DNA of 61,702 bases from a virus (lineage: Duplodnaviria; Caudoviricetes): the IMG/VR virus record IMGVR_UViG_3300045919_000415, positions 1 to 61,702 of that record; one strand, 5' to 3'. A model generated the notes under the pieces. That model was not told the origin of the DNA, made no database searches, and saw only the letters and a list, made by a program, of their open reading frames with translations. The stretch's first letter is position 1; every line of letters begins with the position of its first letter. Positions 35,813 to 45,529 of the stretch are shown here, piece by piece. The translations under genes and the position numbers were made by a program.

Positions 35813-36024
35813 TGTTTACCATTCTTGGCTTGTTGATATTTGCGTTGTCCGTGCTCATCGCGCAACGCTTTCCGCTGTCGTACTGGGTCAACCATGACCG
35901 CAAGGGTTTTCATGCAGACGACTGGCGCGACTGGGTCATCCTCTTCGGTGTGTGGGGTATCACACTCTCAGCAATCCTGATCACTTACACCTTTGTCACA
36001 CTTATCTGGACCTCGCTGCCGTGA
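35812..36024 (+). CDS. Small two-TM membrane protein
   Basis: Two hydrophobic helices. Confidence 0.55.
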   Translation: MFTILGLLIFALSVLIAQRFPLSYWVNHDRKGFHADDWRDWVILFGVWGITLSAILITYTFVTLIWTSLP

Positions 36025-36341
36025 GTGGAAAACGCTGGTCTGATGCCGAGACGCAGGCGCTGTATGACCTGCTCAAGGTGCCCCTGACGCACAAGAAGAT
36101 TTCACAAAGTATTGGCCGGTCGATGGGAGCGATCGCTCGCAAGATGGAGCGCGAGGGGTGGGTGTTCCACCGCAAGGACCGCTGGGATCCGGAAGATGTA
36201 GTGTTCATGCAGACGCACTATGAGGAAAAAGGCTATCGCTGGATGGCCGACATGCTGGGCCGGTCCCCTTTTGGGATCGAGTACATGGCCCGGAAACTGA
36301 AACTCAAACGCAGGTTGCCAATGGCAGAGGTGGGCTCATGA
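36021..36341 (+). CDS. Tandem Myb/GcrA-like HTH protein
   Basis: RWSDAE...IGRS..AI and RWDPED...LGRS..GI repeats. Confidence 0.6.
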   Translation: MSGKRWSDAETQALYDLLKVPLTHKKISQSIGRSMGAIARKMEREGWVFHRKDRWDPEDVVFMQTHYEEKGYRWMADMLGRSPFGIEYMARKLKLKRRLPMAEVGS

Positions 36342-36565
36342 ACCAGAAACAATGCAAGAAGCTGCGCCAACAGGCGCGCGGGTACACCCTCGGCAAGCCG
36401 TGGGTCGATTACATGGCGCCGCGGATTCTCTCGAAGCCAGTGCAGATGCCGGTGCCGGGGAAGCTTGAGCCGGAACTCCAAGTTTTCCGCTACGCCGGGA
36501 CGGTCCGCCTGCACCCGATGTGCGGACGTGCGCAGTACAAAGCGCTCAAGCGGGAGGCAGCATGA
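36338..36565 (+). CDS. Basic hypothetical protein
   Basis: MN.K.CKKLR...R..YK.LK. Confidence 0.6.
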   Translation: MNQKQCKKLRQQARGYTLGKPWVDYMAPRILSKPVQMPVPGKLEPELQVFRYAGTVRLHPMCGRAQYKALKREAA

Positions 36566-36759
36566 CTTATTTCTGGATGCTGTGTCAGATCATCGGCGCC
36601 ACGGTTCTGCTTGGGGCTTTTGTATACAACGTGGCGTGGATCACGGTGCACCTTCTGGAATGGCGCGACCGACGCAAAGCCCGCAAGCTGCGGGCGTTGA
36701 AGACGGCCATGTGGGACGCGGATTTCGGAGGAGACAGCGATGAACATCGACGATTTTGA
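36562..36759 (+). CDS. Small membrane protein
   Basis: ATG 36562 with GGAGG RBS; one TM. Confidence 0.5.
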   Translation: MTYFWMLCQIIGATVLLGAFVYNVAWITVHLLEWRDRRKARKLRALKTAMWDADFGGDSDEHRRF

Positions 36760-37426
36760 AAAGTGGTACGCGGAGCGCCAAGGACAGCTTGGTGAGCCGC
36801 CATTCTCGTGCTCGCATGATGCAGCGCAGGCAGCGTGGAATGCAGCGCAAGAGCAACACGCTGCACCTGCTTTGCTGACTATTGGGCGCACCTGTGTGAT
36901 GTGCGGGCACATGAACGTGTGGGATGTAGAGCAACCCGCGCCTGCTTTACAGATTAAGGGCCGCACTTGTGTGACATGCGGCCACATGAAAGTGTGGGAT
37001 GTAAGGCAAGCCGAGCCACGTGCGCCTGCGTGCAGACACTCGCTCCTGACAATCGTTAAAGATACGGAAACAGGCTATTGCATGAACTGCAAAGCCACTG
37101 GACGCATGAAATTCGTAGTAGACGCAGAGCCTTCCGAGCAACCCGCCGCGCCTGCTACTTACACCGACATTCTGCGCGACGGCGGATTAGACCCACGATG
37201 CCACTCTGATGCGCAATCCGCCGCGCCCTGTGCGCGGCCCGAAGACACAACGGTGAAGCTTGCCGGTGCTGATTACCTAGACATGCTGGTGGACTTGGAT
37301 GAACTCAGAGAGTTGCTGAAAGAGGTTGCAATCGCATACGCACAAGAGATCGGACTGCCGTTCGAGGAGTGCAACAACGAACTGTTCAGGCGCGTGAAGA
37401 AGGCTCTGGAAGCGAGGGAAGCATGA
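36740..37426 (+). CDS. Modular hypothetical protein with repeated CxxC Zn-ribbon units
   Basis: Two GRTCVxCGHMxVWDV repeats separated by EQPAP linkers. Confidence 0.6.
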   Translation: MNIDDFEKWYAERQGQLGEPPFSCSHDAAQAAWNAAQEQHAAPALLTIGRTCVMCGHMNVWDVEQPAPALQIKGRTCVTCGHMKVWDVRQAEPRAPACRHSLLTIVKDTETGYCMNCKATGRMKFVVDAEPSEQPAAPATYTDILRDGGLDPRCHSDAQSAAPCARPEDTTVKLAGADYLDMLVDLDELRELLKEVAIAYAQEIGLPFEECNNELFRRVKKALEAREA

Positions 37427-37644
37427 AAGGCCGAACAAAATGGTTCAAGACTCGCGTCACATACCCAGTGCGACCCGGCTGGTATGAGTGCGCAGTGATG
37501 CTTACATCAATGCAGCGCAACCTGTTTTCATGGATGCTTTTTTATGACGGAAAAGGATTCTTGTGCGAAGTACCGATGCGTGTTGTTGTGTGGCGCGGAA
37601 TGACAAAGAAAGCACACGCCGTCATCGGCAAGGGGAAAGAATGA
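37423..37644 (+). CDS. Hypothetical protein
   Basis: P.RPGWYE...WRG motif; ATGA coupling. Confidence 0.55.
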   Translation: MKGRTKWFKTRVTYPVRPGWYECAVMLTSMQRNLFSWMLFYDGKGFLCEVPMRVVVWRGMTKKAHAVIGKGKE

Positions 37645-37853
37645 GCCAACTGCCAGACCTTCCGCCGTTGCCTGATACTTGTGGGAACCCGCTTAGCGAT
37701 TGTGACGTGTACGACTACGCCAAGCAGTACGCCGCACTCGCGGTTGCTGCTGAACGTGAGCGGTGCGCGAAGATTTGTGAAGATTTAGGAAGTGATGGTA
37801 TGTCTTGGCTTGAAGCAGGAACGTGTGCAGCAGCAATCAGGAGCCAACCATGA
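37641..37853 (+). CDS. Hypothetical protein
   Basis: AERERCAKICE...CAAAIRS motif. Confidence 0.55.
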   Translation: MSQLPDLPPLPDTCGNPLSDCDVYDYAKQYAALAVAAERERCAKICEDLGSDGMSWLEAGTCAAAIRSQP

Positions 37854-38242
37854 AGACTTGTGGAACGTGCGCGCACTTTGAACGGCACACTCTTTACAGT
37901 TTTGGATGGTGCCGATTTCCCGGTAAGTTCAAAACGGGCGTTGAGAAGCCTTCAAAAGTGGAATCTGATGAGGTTGTTATATGTGGCGAGTGGAAGCCTG
38001 TTGTTTCATCTATAGACAATGTGGAGATAGACAAACTCCGCGCACGAGTGGCGGAGCTTGAGGCGGATGCAAGACGCTGGCGTGAGGATTGTGCGGCGTA
38101 TGAAGAAAGCGGACTTGGTGTTGCTGTCTACTGGAAACGGGGCTACCGCACAAAAGAAGAACAGGACACGGAGCATGACGCCGCCATCAACGCAGCAGCA
38201 CAGGAAGAGAGGTGTGGGGTCATAGGCAGGGATGAAAAGTGA
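37850..38242 (+). CDS. Hypothetical Cys-containing protein
   Basis: TCGTCAHF...C...C; LEADARR. Confidence 0.5.
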   Translation: MKTCGTCAHFERHTLYSFGWCRFPGKFKTGVEKPSKVESDEVVICGEWKPVVSSIDNVEIDKLRARVAELEADARRWREDCAAYEESGLGVAVYWKRGYRTKEEQDTEHDAAINAAAQEERCGVIGRDEK

Positions 38243-38460
38243 AAACGATCCTCCACGTCAACCAGCACGTGATCAAGAAGAACCGCATCACCGGTGCACG
38301 TGACCCGGTCCTCACGATCAAGACGTACAAGAGCAACACCTATGCCCATGAAGTCGAGATTCAAGGGCCAAGCAAAGTTGTGTACTCGCCAGACAAGCCT
38401 CTTTCCTGCGGCGCGCAGGTCTGGATTGAAACTGAAGCCGCAGTTCTCATCAAGGAGTAG
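38239..38460 (+). CDS. Conserved phage hypothetical protein
   Basis: IHVNQH.I..N...PV.TIK...YSPDKPLSCGA.VWIET-type motif. Confidence 0.7.
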   Translation: MKTILHVNQHVIKKNRITGARDPVLTIKTYKSNTYAHEVEIQGPSKVVYSPDKPLSCGAQVWIETEAAVLIKE

Positions 38461-38463
38461 AGC

Positions 38464-38685
38464 GTGGCGCCGATATTCATCCGCTTGGATCTTGCGGAAC
38501 CTGAAGAGGGACAACCGAAGGACTTGTACGTGCAGGTGGCTCATATAGTGGGCTTCTACCATGATCCACTAGGCAAGGCGGGTGCCTGCATCACAGCCAG
38601 CGGTTATGACGGGGTTGTTGCTGTGATACAAACCGTTGACCAGATCCGCATCCTGATTTACAACGAAATCCTTCGTTACAAATAA
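38464..38685 (+). CDS. Hypothetical protein
   Basis: GTG start with AGGAG RBS. Confidence 0.5.
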   Translation: MAPIFIRLDLAEPEEGQPKDLYVQVAHIVGFYHDPLGKAGACITASGYDGVVAVIQTVDQIRILIYNEILRYK

Positions 38686-38758
38686 TCGCGTGCAATGTGT
38701 GCCAGCGAACGGCACACTGCATGTATCCAAGCTAGCTCAACAACCGCCAGAGACGACC

Positions 38759-39220
38759 ATGAATTTGACAATCAGTGCCTATGAATCCGCAGCAGTCCTG
38801 CGGGCAACCAGTGCCCTTCTCCTGGATTTGGCTCGCATCCGTGAGGATGAAGAAGCCACCGCAGCATTCAACCTCAAAGGCAAGGCAGCCCCCGCCGAGA
38901 AGATCCAAGACCCGGTCGAGGTGACCAAGACAAAAAAGTCGAAGCCTGCACCTACCCCCGCTGCGGAGGCGCCGGTTGCGACACCCGAACCTGCTGCGGA
39001 ATCCCCTTCTGAAGAACCACCGTTCGAGGGGGGCACCGAGGTTGAAGGTCCGACGCTTGAAGAAGTACGTGCGGTGCTGGTGCAGTTGTCTGAATCCGGC
39101 AAGAGCGAGCGCTGCAAGGCGCTCATCCAAGGCCAAGGCGTCAAGTCCTTGAGCGAACTCAAGGACCAGCCGAAGAAGTTGGCCGACCTCCTGAGAGCTG
39201 CAAAGGAACAATTGGTATGA
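38759..39220 (+). CDS. Replication-module protein (Pro/Ala linker plus TLEEVRA..L domain) typically preceding DUF2800
   Basis: PTLEEVRAVL...KALI...GVKSLSEL. Confidence 0.6.
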   Translation: MNLTISAYESAAVLRATSALLLDLARIREDEEATAAFNLKGKAAPAEKIQDPVEVTKTKKSKPAPTPAAEAPVATPEPAAESPSEEPPFEGGTEVEGPTLEEVRAVLVQLSESGKSERCKALIQGQGVKSLSELKDQPKKLADLLRAAKEQLV

Positions 39221-39558
39221 GCGAAATAGCCTTCATCATTTCGGATGTCACCCTGCCTTCCGGCGAACTCGGGTTGACGTTCGAGCTGCGTGTTAACGCG
39301 GACAACTCCGCCGAGTACGACCCCTTCAGCCCTGCGAGCTGCTTGGGCGCGTATTTGGCTGCATCAGCGGATCGCGGGATTCTGGGTTCTGCTGCCCACA
39401 GTTTGTGGAAAGAAACCCAGAAGCGCCGGGAGCAGCTGATCACCGAAGTGCAAGAGGTTGTGAGCGCCGGCGAGCAGGCCGAGAACGCGATTCACATCGC
39501 GAAGAGCGAACCCAAAATCCTTGGCGCCGATGGCGGCGCCATCTCCTCGAAAGAGTGA
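39217..39558 (+). CDS. Hypothetical protein
   Basis: 113-aa coupled ORF. Confidence 0.55.
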   Translation: MSEIAFIISDVTLPSGELGLTFELRVNADNSAEYDPFSPASCLGAYLAASADRGILGSAAHSLWKETQKRREQLITEVQEVVSAGEQAENAIHIAKSEPKILGADGGAISSKE

Positions 39559-39559
39559 A

Positions 39560-39823
39560 ATGAAGCTGGAGTTTCTCGAACGCGGAAGCATGTACGTTCT
39601 GCCGTCTGGCCGATTGGCCGTGTTTCTCGGGCGCATGGAAACCTTGGTTTCCGACGTCGCACCCAAACCCGGAGCGGTGGTCCAGCAGATCACGGAGAAA
39701 GTGGTCTCGTTCAAGTATGTCGATGCGAAGACCCGCGTGCTCACCAAGGAAGAGGTGAGTTTCAGTTTCGCGGGATTCCGGCTGATCGAGAAATCTGTAA
39801 ACCAAGGCTACCTTCATGATTGA
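39560..39823 (+). CDS. Hypothetical protein
   Basis: 87-aa coupled ORF. Confidence 0.5.
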   Translation: MKLEFLERGSMYVLPSGRLAVFLGRMETLVSDVAPKPGAVVQQITEKVVSFKYVDAKTRVLTKEEVSFSFAGFRLIEKSVNQGYLHD

Positions 39824-40997
39824 AGCTCCGATAGTTTTTCGCGACATCTCCGAGATCCGCGCGCACGCAATTCTCAGTGCGTCGGGTTCCAAGATGTGGC
39901 TGAACTGTCCGCCCTCGGCGCGCCTCAACGAATTCGAAGTGGATGTCGAGACGTCGTACAGCGCCGAAGGCACTAGCGCCCACGACATCGCCGCGCGGTG
40001 GATCAATGACCGCCTGCAACGCGAACTCGTGGACGCGTGGAGCGAGGATGAGCACAAGGTGATCGAGGAGCTGCAGCCGTTCCTCGACTTGTGCTGGGAC
40101 CGCATCACGGCCGCGTACGCGCGGTGCAAGGATCCGGTGATTTATGTCGAGACCAAGCTGGACTACAGCCGTTTCGTCCCCGAGGGTTTCGGCACGCTTG
40201 ACCTCGGCATCATCACGGATGGAACGGCCGAGATTGTCGACTTGAAGTTCGGCAAGGGTGAGGTAGTCGAGTCGTACGAGAACAGCCAGCTGAAGCTGTA
40301 TGCGCTTGGCATGTGCGAGGTTCTCGGGCACCTGTACGACTTGACGGAAGTGACGTATTACATCAGTCAGCCGCGCTTGTTCGAAGATGCAATTCCGCAG
40401 ACCATCAGCGTGGTTGAGCTGTACACGTGGGCTGAAGAAGTGGTAGCACCCACGGCGCAGGTGGCGTGGGCGGGTGGCGGAGAATTCAATCCGAGTCGCG
40501 GTACCTGCCGGTGGTGCAAAGTTGCACCGCGCTGCCGGGCCAATGCCGAGTACCACATGGCGTTGGCGAGACACGAGGCCAAAAGCCCCGATCTCCTGAC
40601 GGATGAAGAAGTCTCGGATGTGCTTGCAAAGGCGGACAGCATCAAGTTGTGGGCGGGCAAGGTCGAGAAATATGCCCAACTACGTGCTGAGCAAGGGCAC
40701 AAGATCCCGGGATGGAAGTTGGTAGAAGGGCGGAGTAACCGCTATCTAACGGATCCCGAAGCCGTGGCGAAGATCTTGATCAGCAACGGGGTTGATAAGG
40801 CGGCGTTGTACGAACGCAGTTTGCTTGGTTTGACTGCGTTGGAAGGTGTTGTTGGCAAGAAGACTTTCGGTGAGCTGGCCAAGGATTACATCGGCAAACC
40901 GAAGGGCAAACCTACGTTGGTCCCTGAAAGCGACAAGCGTGAGGTCTACGTGTTCGAGGCCATTTCGGCCAAGGACGAATTCAAAATTGAAGGCTAG
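39816..40997 (+). CDS. DUF2800 PD-(D/E)XK (Cas4-like) nuclease
   Basis: HAILSAS...W.NCP, EGT.AH, FGT.D, DLKFGKG, NSQLKLYA, CRWC...C, GWKLVEGRS.R. Confidence 0.88.
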   Translation: MIEAPIVFRDISEIRAHAILSASGSKMWLNCPPSARLNEFEVDVETSYSAEGTSAHDIAARWINDRLQRELVDAWSEDEHKVIEELQPFLDLCWDRITAAYARCKDPVIYVETKLDYSRFVPEGFGTLDLGIITDGTAEIVDLKFGKGEVVESYENSQLKLYALGMCEVLGHLYDLTEVTYYISQPRLFEDAIPQTISVVELYTWAEEVVAPTAQVAWAGGGEFNPSRGTCRWCKVAPRCRANAEYHMALARHEAKSPDLLTDEEVSDVLAKADSIKLWAGKVEKYAQLRAEQGHKIPGWKLVEGRSNRYLTDPEAVAKILISNGVDKAALYERSLLGLTALEGVVGKKTFGELAKDYIGKPKGKPTLVPESDKREVYVFEAISAKDEFKIEG

Positions 40998-41006
40998 GAG
41001 CCGAGC

Positions 41007-41552
41007 ATGTCCGAATTGACAACGAAGTTCATTACCCCCACCGCACGCTTGAGTTACGTGTACGTGGTGACCCCCCGCAAGAGCGACGATGGCAGCGAAC
41101 GCTACCAGTGCACCGTCCTGATCCCAAAGGCGGACACCGGCACGATCGCCAAGATCAAGGGCTTGGTGGATAACGCCAAGAAGAAGGACGCCGCAAAGAT
41201 CGCCGGTAACGGCGGTGTCAAGAACCCGTTGCTGGATGGTGACGCCAAGATTGATGGTGAATTCCAGTACAGCGACGAGTCCGTGCGTGGCCACTTCTTC
41301 CTGCGTTGCGCCAGCCCGAAGAAGCCCGAGATCGTCGACAAGAACCTCGACGAAATCATCGACCCCCGCGAAATTTACAGCGGCATGTGGGGCAAGGTGA
41401 GCATCAACTTCTATGGCTGGAAGAACAGTACCGGCCGTGGAATTGGTGCAGGACTGGGCAACATCCAGAAAGTCAAGGATGGTGAAGCATTCTCCGGCGG
41501 CGCACGCGCCAAGGACGAATTCTCAGCCGTCGAAGACGACTTCCTGAGCTGA
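41007..41552 (+). CDS. ssDNA-binding protein (DUF2815, T7 gp2.5-like)
   Basis: RLSY, LIPK, PLLDGD, IYSG, GLGNIQK..DGE, acidic tail ending DDFLS. Confidence 0.88.
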   Translation: MSELTTKFITPTARLSYVYVVTPRKSDDGSERYQCTVLIPKADTGTIAKIKGLVDNAKKKDAAKIAGNGGVKNPLLDGDAKIDGEFQYSDESVRGHFFLRCASPKKPEIVDKNLDEIIDPREIYSGMWGKVSINFYGWKNSTGRGIGAGLGNIQKVKDGEAFSGGARAKDEFSAVEDDFLS

Positions 41553-41568
41553 TCGATGTGAAGTACAG

Positions 41569-41601
41569 GGGCAGAACTTGTACAGTTTTGCCCTTTTTTT
41601 T
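41569..41601 (+). terminator. Rho-independent terminator after SSB
   Basis: GGGCAGAACT-loop-AGTTTTGCCC plus T8. Confidence 0.75.
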
Positions 41602-41619
41602 ATACACAGAAGGAGTGAC

Positions 41620-41859
41620 ATGCCAGCCCCCGAATATGCCTTGACCGGCCTTACCGTTGAGCAGATCAATGATCTGATTTTCGCAATCACCAACGCACCG
41701 ATGCCGCTGGTGCGCTCTTCCCCTTTGCTCCAGAACTTCGAGGGTCAGATCCAGGCACAAACCGACGCGTACAACGCATCCCTGCAACAACCCACGCCTG
41801 AACCGTTGCCCACCTTGCCGGAAAGCATTGCACCCCCGGCGCCTGTCTCCCCGGAGTAA
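41620..41859 (+). CDS. Hypothetical protein
   Basis: AAGGAG RBS; Pro-rich tail. Confidence 0.55.
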   Translation: MPAPEYALTGLTVEQINDLIFAITNAPMPLVRSSPLLQNFEGQIQAQTDAYNASLQQPTPEPLPTLPESIAPPAPVSPE

Positions 41860-41861
41860 CC

Positions 41862-42266
41862 ATGAAAACCTTCCTGCTCGCCATCGTTCTGGGATTGTCA
41901 GCTGCTGCATCGATCGCTGATGTCGAAGATCCCGTCATTGTTTCTGAGGATCGCCTGACATCGATCATCATCCTGCCGAAATCACTCACCTTCGCGGCCG
42001 ACTCGCAGAAGAAGCAGGTCGAGGGACAGTTGCTTCTCAAGCACGAGGGGCAGGAGGCCCAGTACCACGTCATGGTCAACGGATGCTATACCGGAACCGG
42101 CATGCTTGTCCTGACCAACAGCAAGGCCGAGGTGGTTGGCCATGGCCAGTGGCGCATGGGTGACACGCACCTGTACGACACGCTCGCCATGAAGTTGTGC
42201 AGCCGCTTCCTTGAGTTTGTGGCCCCCAGCAAGCCCAGCCCAACCAAAGCAGGGAAGACGGCATGA
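41862..42266 (+). CDS. Secreted/periplasmic protein
   Basis: Signal peptide MKTFLLAIVLGLSAAASIA; two Cys. Confidence 0.65.
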   Translation: MKTFLLAIVLGLSAAASIADVEDPVIVSEDRLTSIIILPKSLTFAADSQKKQVEGQLLLKHEGQEAQYHVMVNGCYTGTGMLVLTNSKAEVVGHGQWRMGDTHLYDTLAMKLCSRFLEFVAPSKPSPTKAGKTA

Positions 42267-42820
42267 GTGAAGTCAACATGAACTACATCATCACGTTCAC
42301 CGGAAAGAAGGTGTGTCTCGGTGGTCCTTCGAGAGACTCGTTGGATATCGATGACATCGCGCATGCACTGGCCAACATCCCGAGATTCAATGGGCATTTG
42401 GACACGCGCTACAGCGTGGCTGAGCACAGCTTGTTCGTGATGAAGCTCGTGCGCAAGTACACCTCTTCAATACGTGTATTGCGTGCGGCTCTGATGCATG
42501 ATGCCAGCGAAGCCTATCTCGGTGACATGTCGACCCCGCTCAAGCTGATGTGTCCTGACTACCGCACCATCGAGAAGAACTTCGAGGAGCAGTTGGCCAT
42601 CAAGTTTAACTACAACGGCTTGCCGGAAGAGCACCTGCAGACTATCAAAATGTGCGACTTTCAGGCGCTTCAAATCGAGGCGGAGTGTTATCACTACCAC
42701 CTGCATAACCAAGAGAGGTGGGCGTGGGCAGACCAGCAGGTGCCAACCCCCCAACCATTCAGCACCGCTGAAGATGCGGGAGAAGCGTTCCTTCAAGCCT
42801 ATGATCTGATGAAGCTGTGA
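42263..42820 (+). CDS. HD-domain nucleotide phosphohydrolase (YfbR/YfdR-like)
   Basis: DIAHALA...RFNGH...YSVAEHS...LMHDASEAY.GD..TPLK. Confidence 0.85.
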   Translation: MSEVNMNYIITFTGKKVCLGGPSRDSLDIDDIAHALANIPRFNGHLDTRYSVAEHSLFVMKLVRKYTSSIRVLRAALMHDASEAYLGDMSTPLKLMCPDYRTIEKNFEEQLAIKFNYNGLPEEHLQTIKMCDFQALQIEAECYHYHLHNQERWAWADQQVPTPQPFSTAEDAGEAFLQAYDLMKL

Positions 42821-44811
42821 GTCTGCTGCGAGTCGACATTGAGACGTACAGTGGCGCCGACCTCTTGAAGGTCGGCGTCTACAAGTACACGGAGCACCCT
42901 GACTTTCAGGTCATGTTGTTCAGCTATCAGCTGGATGACGCCCCGGTGTTCAATGTCGACCTGATGGAGGAGTCGCTGTCGGCCGATATCGTCGACATGC
43001 TGCAGGATCCGACCATCATCAAGACCGCGTGGAACGCCAACTTCGAAATCACCTGCCTATCTAAACATCTGGGCGTTAAGCTCGATGCGGCCCAGTGGCG
43101 TTGCACAATGGTGCACGCTCTGTCGCTGGGCTTCCCGGGCAGCCTTGCTGCTGCTGGCAAGGTGGCCAAGTTGCCGATAGGCAAGGCCAAGATGGGTGTG
43201 GGCAAGAGCCTGATCTTCTATTTTTGCAAACCCTGCAAGCCGACGAAAGCGAACGGCAAGCGCACGAGGAATCTCCCCCATCATGATCCAGAAAAGTGGC
43301 AGCTGTTCCGAGAGTATTGCAACCGCGACGTCGAGGCCGAGGCCGCGATGGCTGCAAAACTCGATCGATTCCCGTTCCCGGAGATTGAGCATGCTGCGTG
43401 GGTTCTGGATCAGCGTATTAACGATCGTGGCATTCTGGTCGATCGCAATCTGGTACGCCGCGCGATAGAACTCGACGCGTTATACGCGGAGCGTTGCATC
43501 AACGAAGCAATTTTACTCACAGGACTGAGTAATCCGAATAGTGTGAAACAGCTGAAAGATTGGCTGAAGGTCGAAGAGGATCTGGACCTTGAGAAGTTGA
43601 ACAAGGAAACCGTGCCGGAGGCTATCGAGGCGGCCGTGCCCGGGAGCCGGTTGCACCGTGTCCTCGAGCTGCGTCTCGAGATGGCCAAGTCAAGCGTGAA
43701 GAAGTACGCCGCAATGGAGCGCGCCGCTTGCGAGGATGACCGTGTGCGTGGCGCGGCGCAATTCTGTGGCGCCAACCGCACGTGGCGCTGGGCCGGGCGC
43801 ATCGTGCAATACCAGAACATGTCCAAGAACACATGGCTGCACCTGCAAGCCTTGCGTGCAGCTCTCGTCAACGGTGACTTTGAGTTGTTGGAAATGTTGT
43901 GGGGCGCACCCCCGGCGGCGCTGTCGCAGCTGGTGCGAACAGCCACGGTTCCACCGCCCGGAAAGAAGCTGTGGGTTGCCGACTTCAATTCGATCGAAGC
44001 CCGGCTGATTGCGTGGGCGGCGCAGGTGCCGTGGCGCCTCGAGGTGTTCGCGACTCACGGCAAGATCTACGAGACATCAGCCGAGCAGATGTTTCACTTG
44101 TCGCCCGGCAGTGTCGATAAGAAAAGTCCGTATCGTCAGAAAGGCAAAGTGGCGGAGCTGGCGTTGGGCTTCGGTGGGGGTGTCAATGCTTTGATCCGCA
44201 TGGGCGCGCTGAAGGGTGGAATTCTGGAAGATGAATTGCCGAGCATCCGCGACGCGTGGCGCTTGGCTTCGCTGGAACTCACGGACTGGAACACCGGGTT
44301 GTGGGCGCGCATGGGTAACGCCGCAGTCGAAGCCGTGAAGGATCGCTGCACGCGCAAGGTTCGCATCGGCCCGGTGGGCGAGGGGATCTTCGTCACGTTC
44401 GAGTACAAGAACGGCTTCTTGTTCATGCATCTGCCGTGCGGGTTCAGCTTGTCCTACATCAAGCCAGCCGTGATCATCGGCAAGTATGGCAGCGAGCAGG
44501 TCAGCTACGAAGGACAGGACCAAGTCACGAAGCAGTGGATTCGCACCGAGACCTACGGGGCTCAGCTGTTCCAGAACATGATTCAAGCAATGGCCCGGGC
44601 CTGTCTGCGGGACGCTCTATTCAATCTGGAAGACGCCGACATTCCGGTCATCTTCCATGTGCATGATGAGGCGATTGGAGAATTTGACCCGAAGGACACG
44701 ACAGTCCTGCCGATGGTCAGCCGCATCATGTCGATTACACCCCCATGGGCGCCGGGCTTGTTGCTCAAGGGGGAGCCTGAAGTTCTTGATTTCTACATGA
44801 AGGGGGAGTGA
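42817..44811 (+). CDS. DNA polymerase family A (phage)
   Basis: Exo DIET, AWNANFE, YC.RDV; motif A ADFNSIEAR, motif B RQKGK.AELALG, motif C HVHDE. Confidence 0.93.
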   Translation: MSLLRVDIETYSGADLLKVGVYKYTEHPDFQVMLFSYQLDDAPVFNVDLMEESLSADIVDMLQDPTIIKTAWNANFEITCLSKHLGVKLDAAQWRCTMVHALSLGFPGSLAAAGKVAKLPIGKAKMGVGKSLIFYFCKPCKPTKANGKRTRNLPHHDPEKWQLFREYCNRDVEAEAAMAAKLDRFPFPEIEHAAWVLDQRINDRGILVDRNLVRRAIELDALYAERCINEAILLTGLSNPNSVKQLKDWLKVEEDLDLEKLNKETVPEAIEAAVPGSRLHRVLELRLEMAKSSVKKYAAMERAACEDDRVRGAAQFCGANRTWRWAGRIVQYQNMSKNTWLHLQALRAALVNGDFELLEMLWGAPPAALSQLVRTATVPPPGKKLWVADFNSIEARLIAWAAQVPWRLEVFATHGKIYETSAEQMFHLSPGSVDKKSPYRQKGKVAELALGFGGGVNALIRMGALKGGILEDELPSIRDAWRLASLELTDWNTGLWARMGNAAVEAVKDRCTRKVRIGPVGEGIFVTFEYKNGFLFMHLPCGFSLSYIKPAVIIGKYGSEQVSYEGQDQVTKQWIRTETYGAQLFQNMIQAMARACLRDALFNLEDADIPVIFHVHDEAIGEFDPKDTTVLPMVSRIMSITPPWAPGLLLKGEPEVLDFYMKGE

Positions 44812-45353
44812 TGCTTATCGGAATCAGCGGTTACGCAGGAGCAGGGAAGTCTGAAGCGGCAAAGATCTTGTGGAAGAAGGCCGACAAAGATGATGAGAAG
44901 GTGGTGATACTGAAGTTTGCGTCGGGACTGAAAAACATGCTCGCGTCGCTGGGTTTGACGCGTGATGAAATTGAGGGAGCGCTCAAGGAAAAACCCCGCT
45001 CAATGCTTAACGGCAAGACCCCGCGCTTCGCCATGCAGACGCTTGGAACGGAGTGGGGTCGCAAGATTATGGGCGAGGACTTCTGGGTGAACTTGTGGAT
45101 CGAAAGAGCCCACGAGTACCTGGAAGAGGGATATCTGGTGATTGTCGACGATGTCCGGTTTGACAATGAGCTCAAGGCAATCTTCAATCTCGGCGGGCAT
45201 GTCCTGCGCATCAACGGTGTAACGGCCTGCGGTACAGCTCCAATGCACGAGTCGGAGCGCTTGCCGCAAGACCCGCGTATTGTCGACGTATACAACTCCC
45301 ACGACGAGGAGTTTGCGAACAATGTCATCCGCGCGGTGCAGGCTCTGGGATGA
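44808..45353 (+). CDS. Deoxynucleoside monophosphate kinase
   Basis: GYAGAGKS, FA..LK, PR..MQTLGTEWGR, DDVRFDNE, H.SE. Confidence 0.88.
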   Translation: MMLIGISGYAGAGKSEAAKILWKKADKDDEKVVILKFASGLKNMLASLGLTRDEIEGALKEKPRSMLNGKTPRFAMQTLGTEWGRKIMGEDFWVNLWIERAHEYLEEGYLVIVDDVRFDNELKAIFNLGGHVLRINGVTACGTAPMHESERLPQDPRIVDVYNSHDEEFANNVIRAVQALG

Positions 45354-45529
45354 TCTGGTCCGCGCTCTTCTGGCTGATCGTTGCGATGGCGGCGGCTATT
45401 GCCCACATGACGACGCGAGTGGAGCGCGGAGACTTCGCGTTCTGGTTGGTGGTGGGGTGTAGCGTGCTGGGGTTGGCCGGGTTCATCACGGAGTGTGTGA
45501 ACGCCGGCCGTATCCCGTTTACATGGTAG
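45350..45529 (+). CDS. 59-aa two-TM membrane protein
   Basis: ATGA-coupled: MIWSALFWLIVAMAAAIAH...FWLVVGCSVLGLAGF. Confidence 0.45.
   Translation: MIWSALFWLIVAMAAAIAHMTTRVERGDFAFWLVVGCSVLGLAGFITECVNAGRIPFTW

Noticed and set aside
39816-40997. Cas4 as part of a CRISPR-Cas system
   Set aside because: Standard DUF2800-DUF2815-PolA phage replication context
42263-45353. Z-genome (DatZ/PurZ) or other base-modification cluster
   Set aside because: HD hydrolase and dNMP kinase are present but no PurZ or other base-modifying enzyme was recognised
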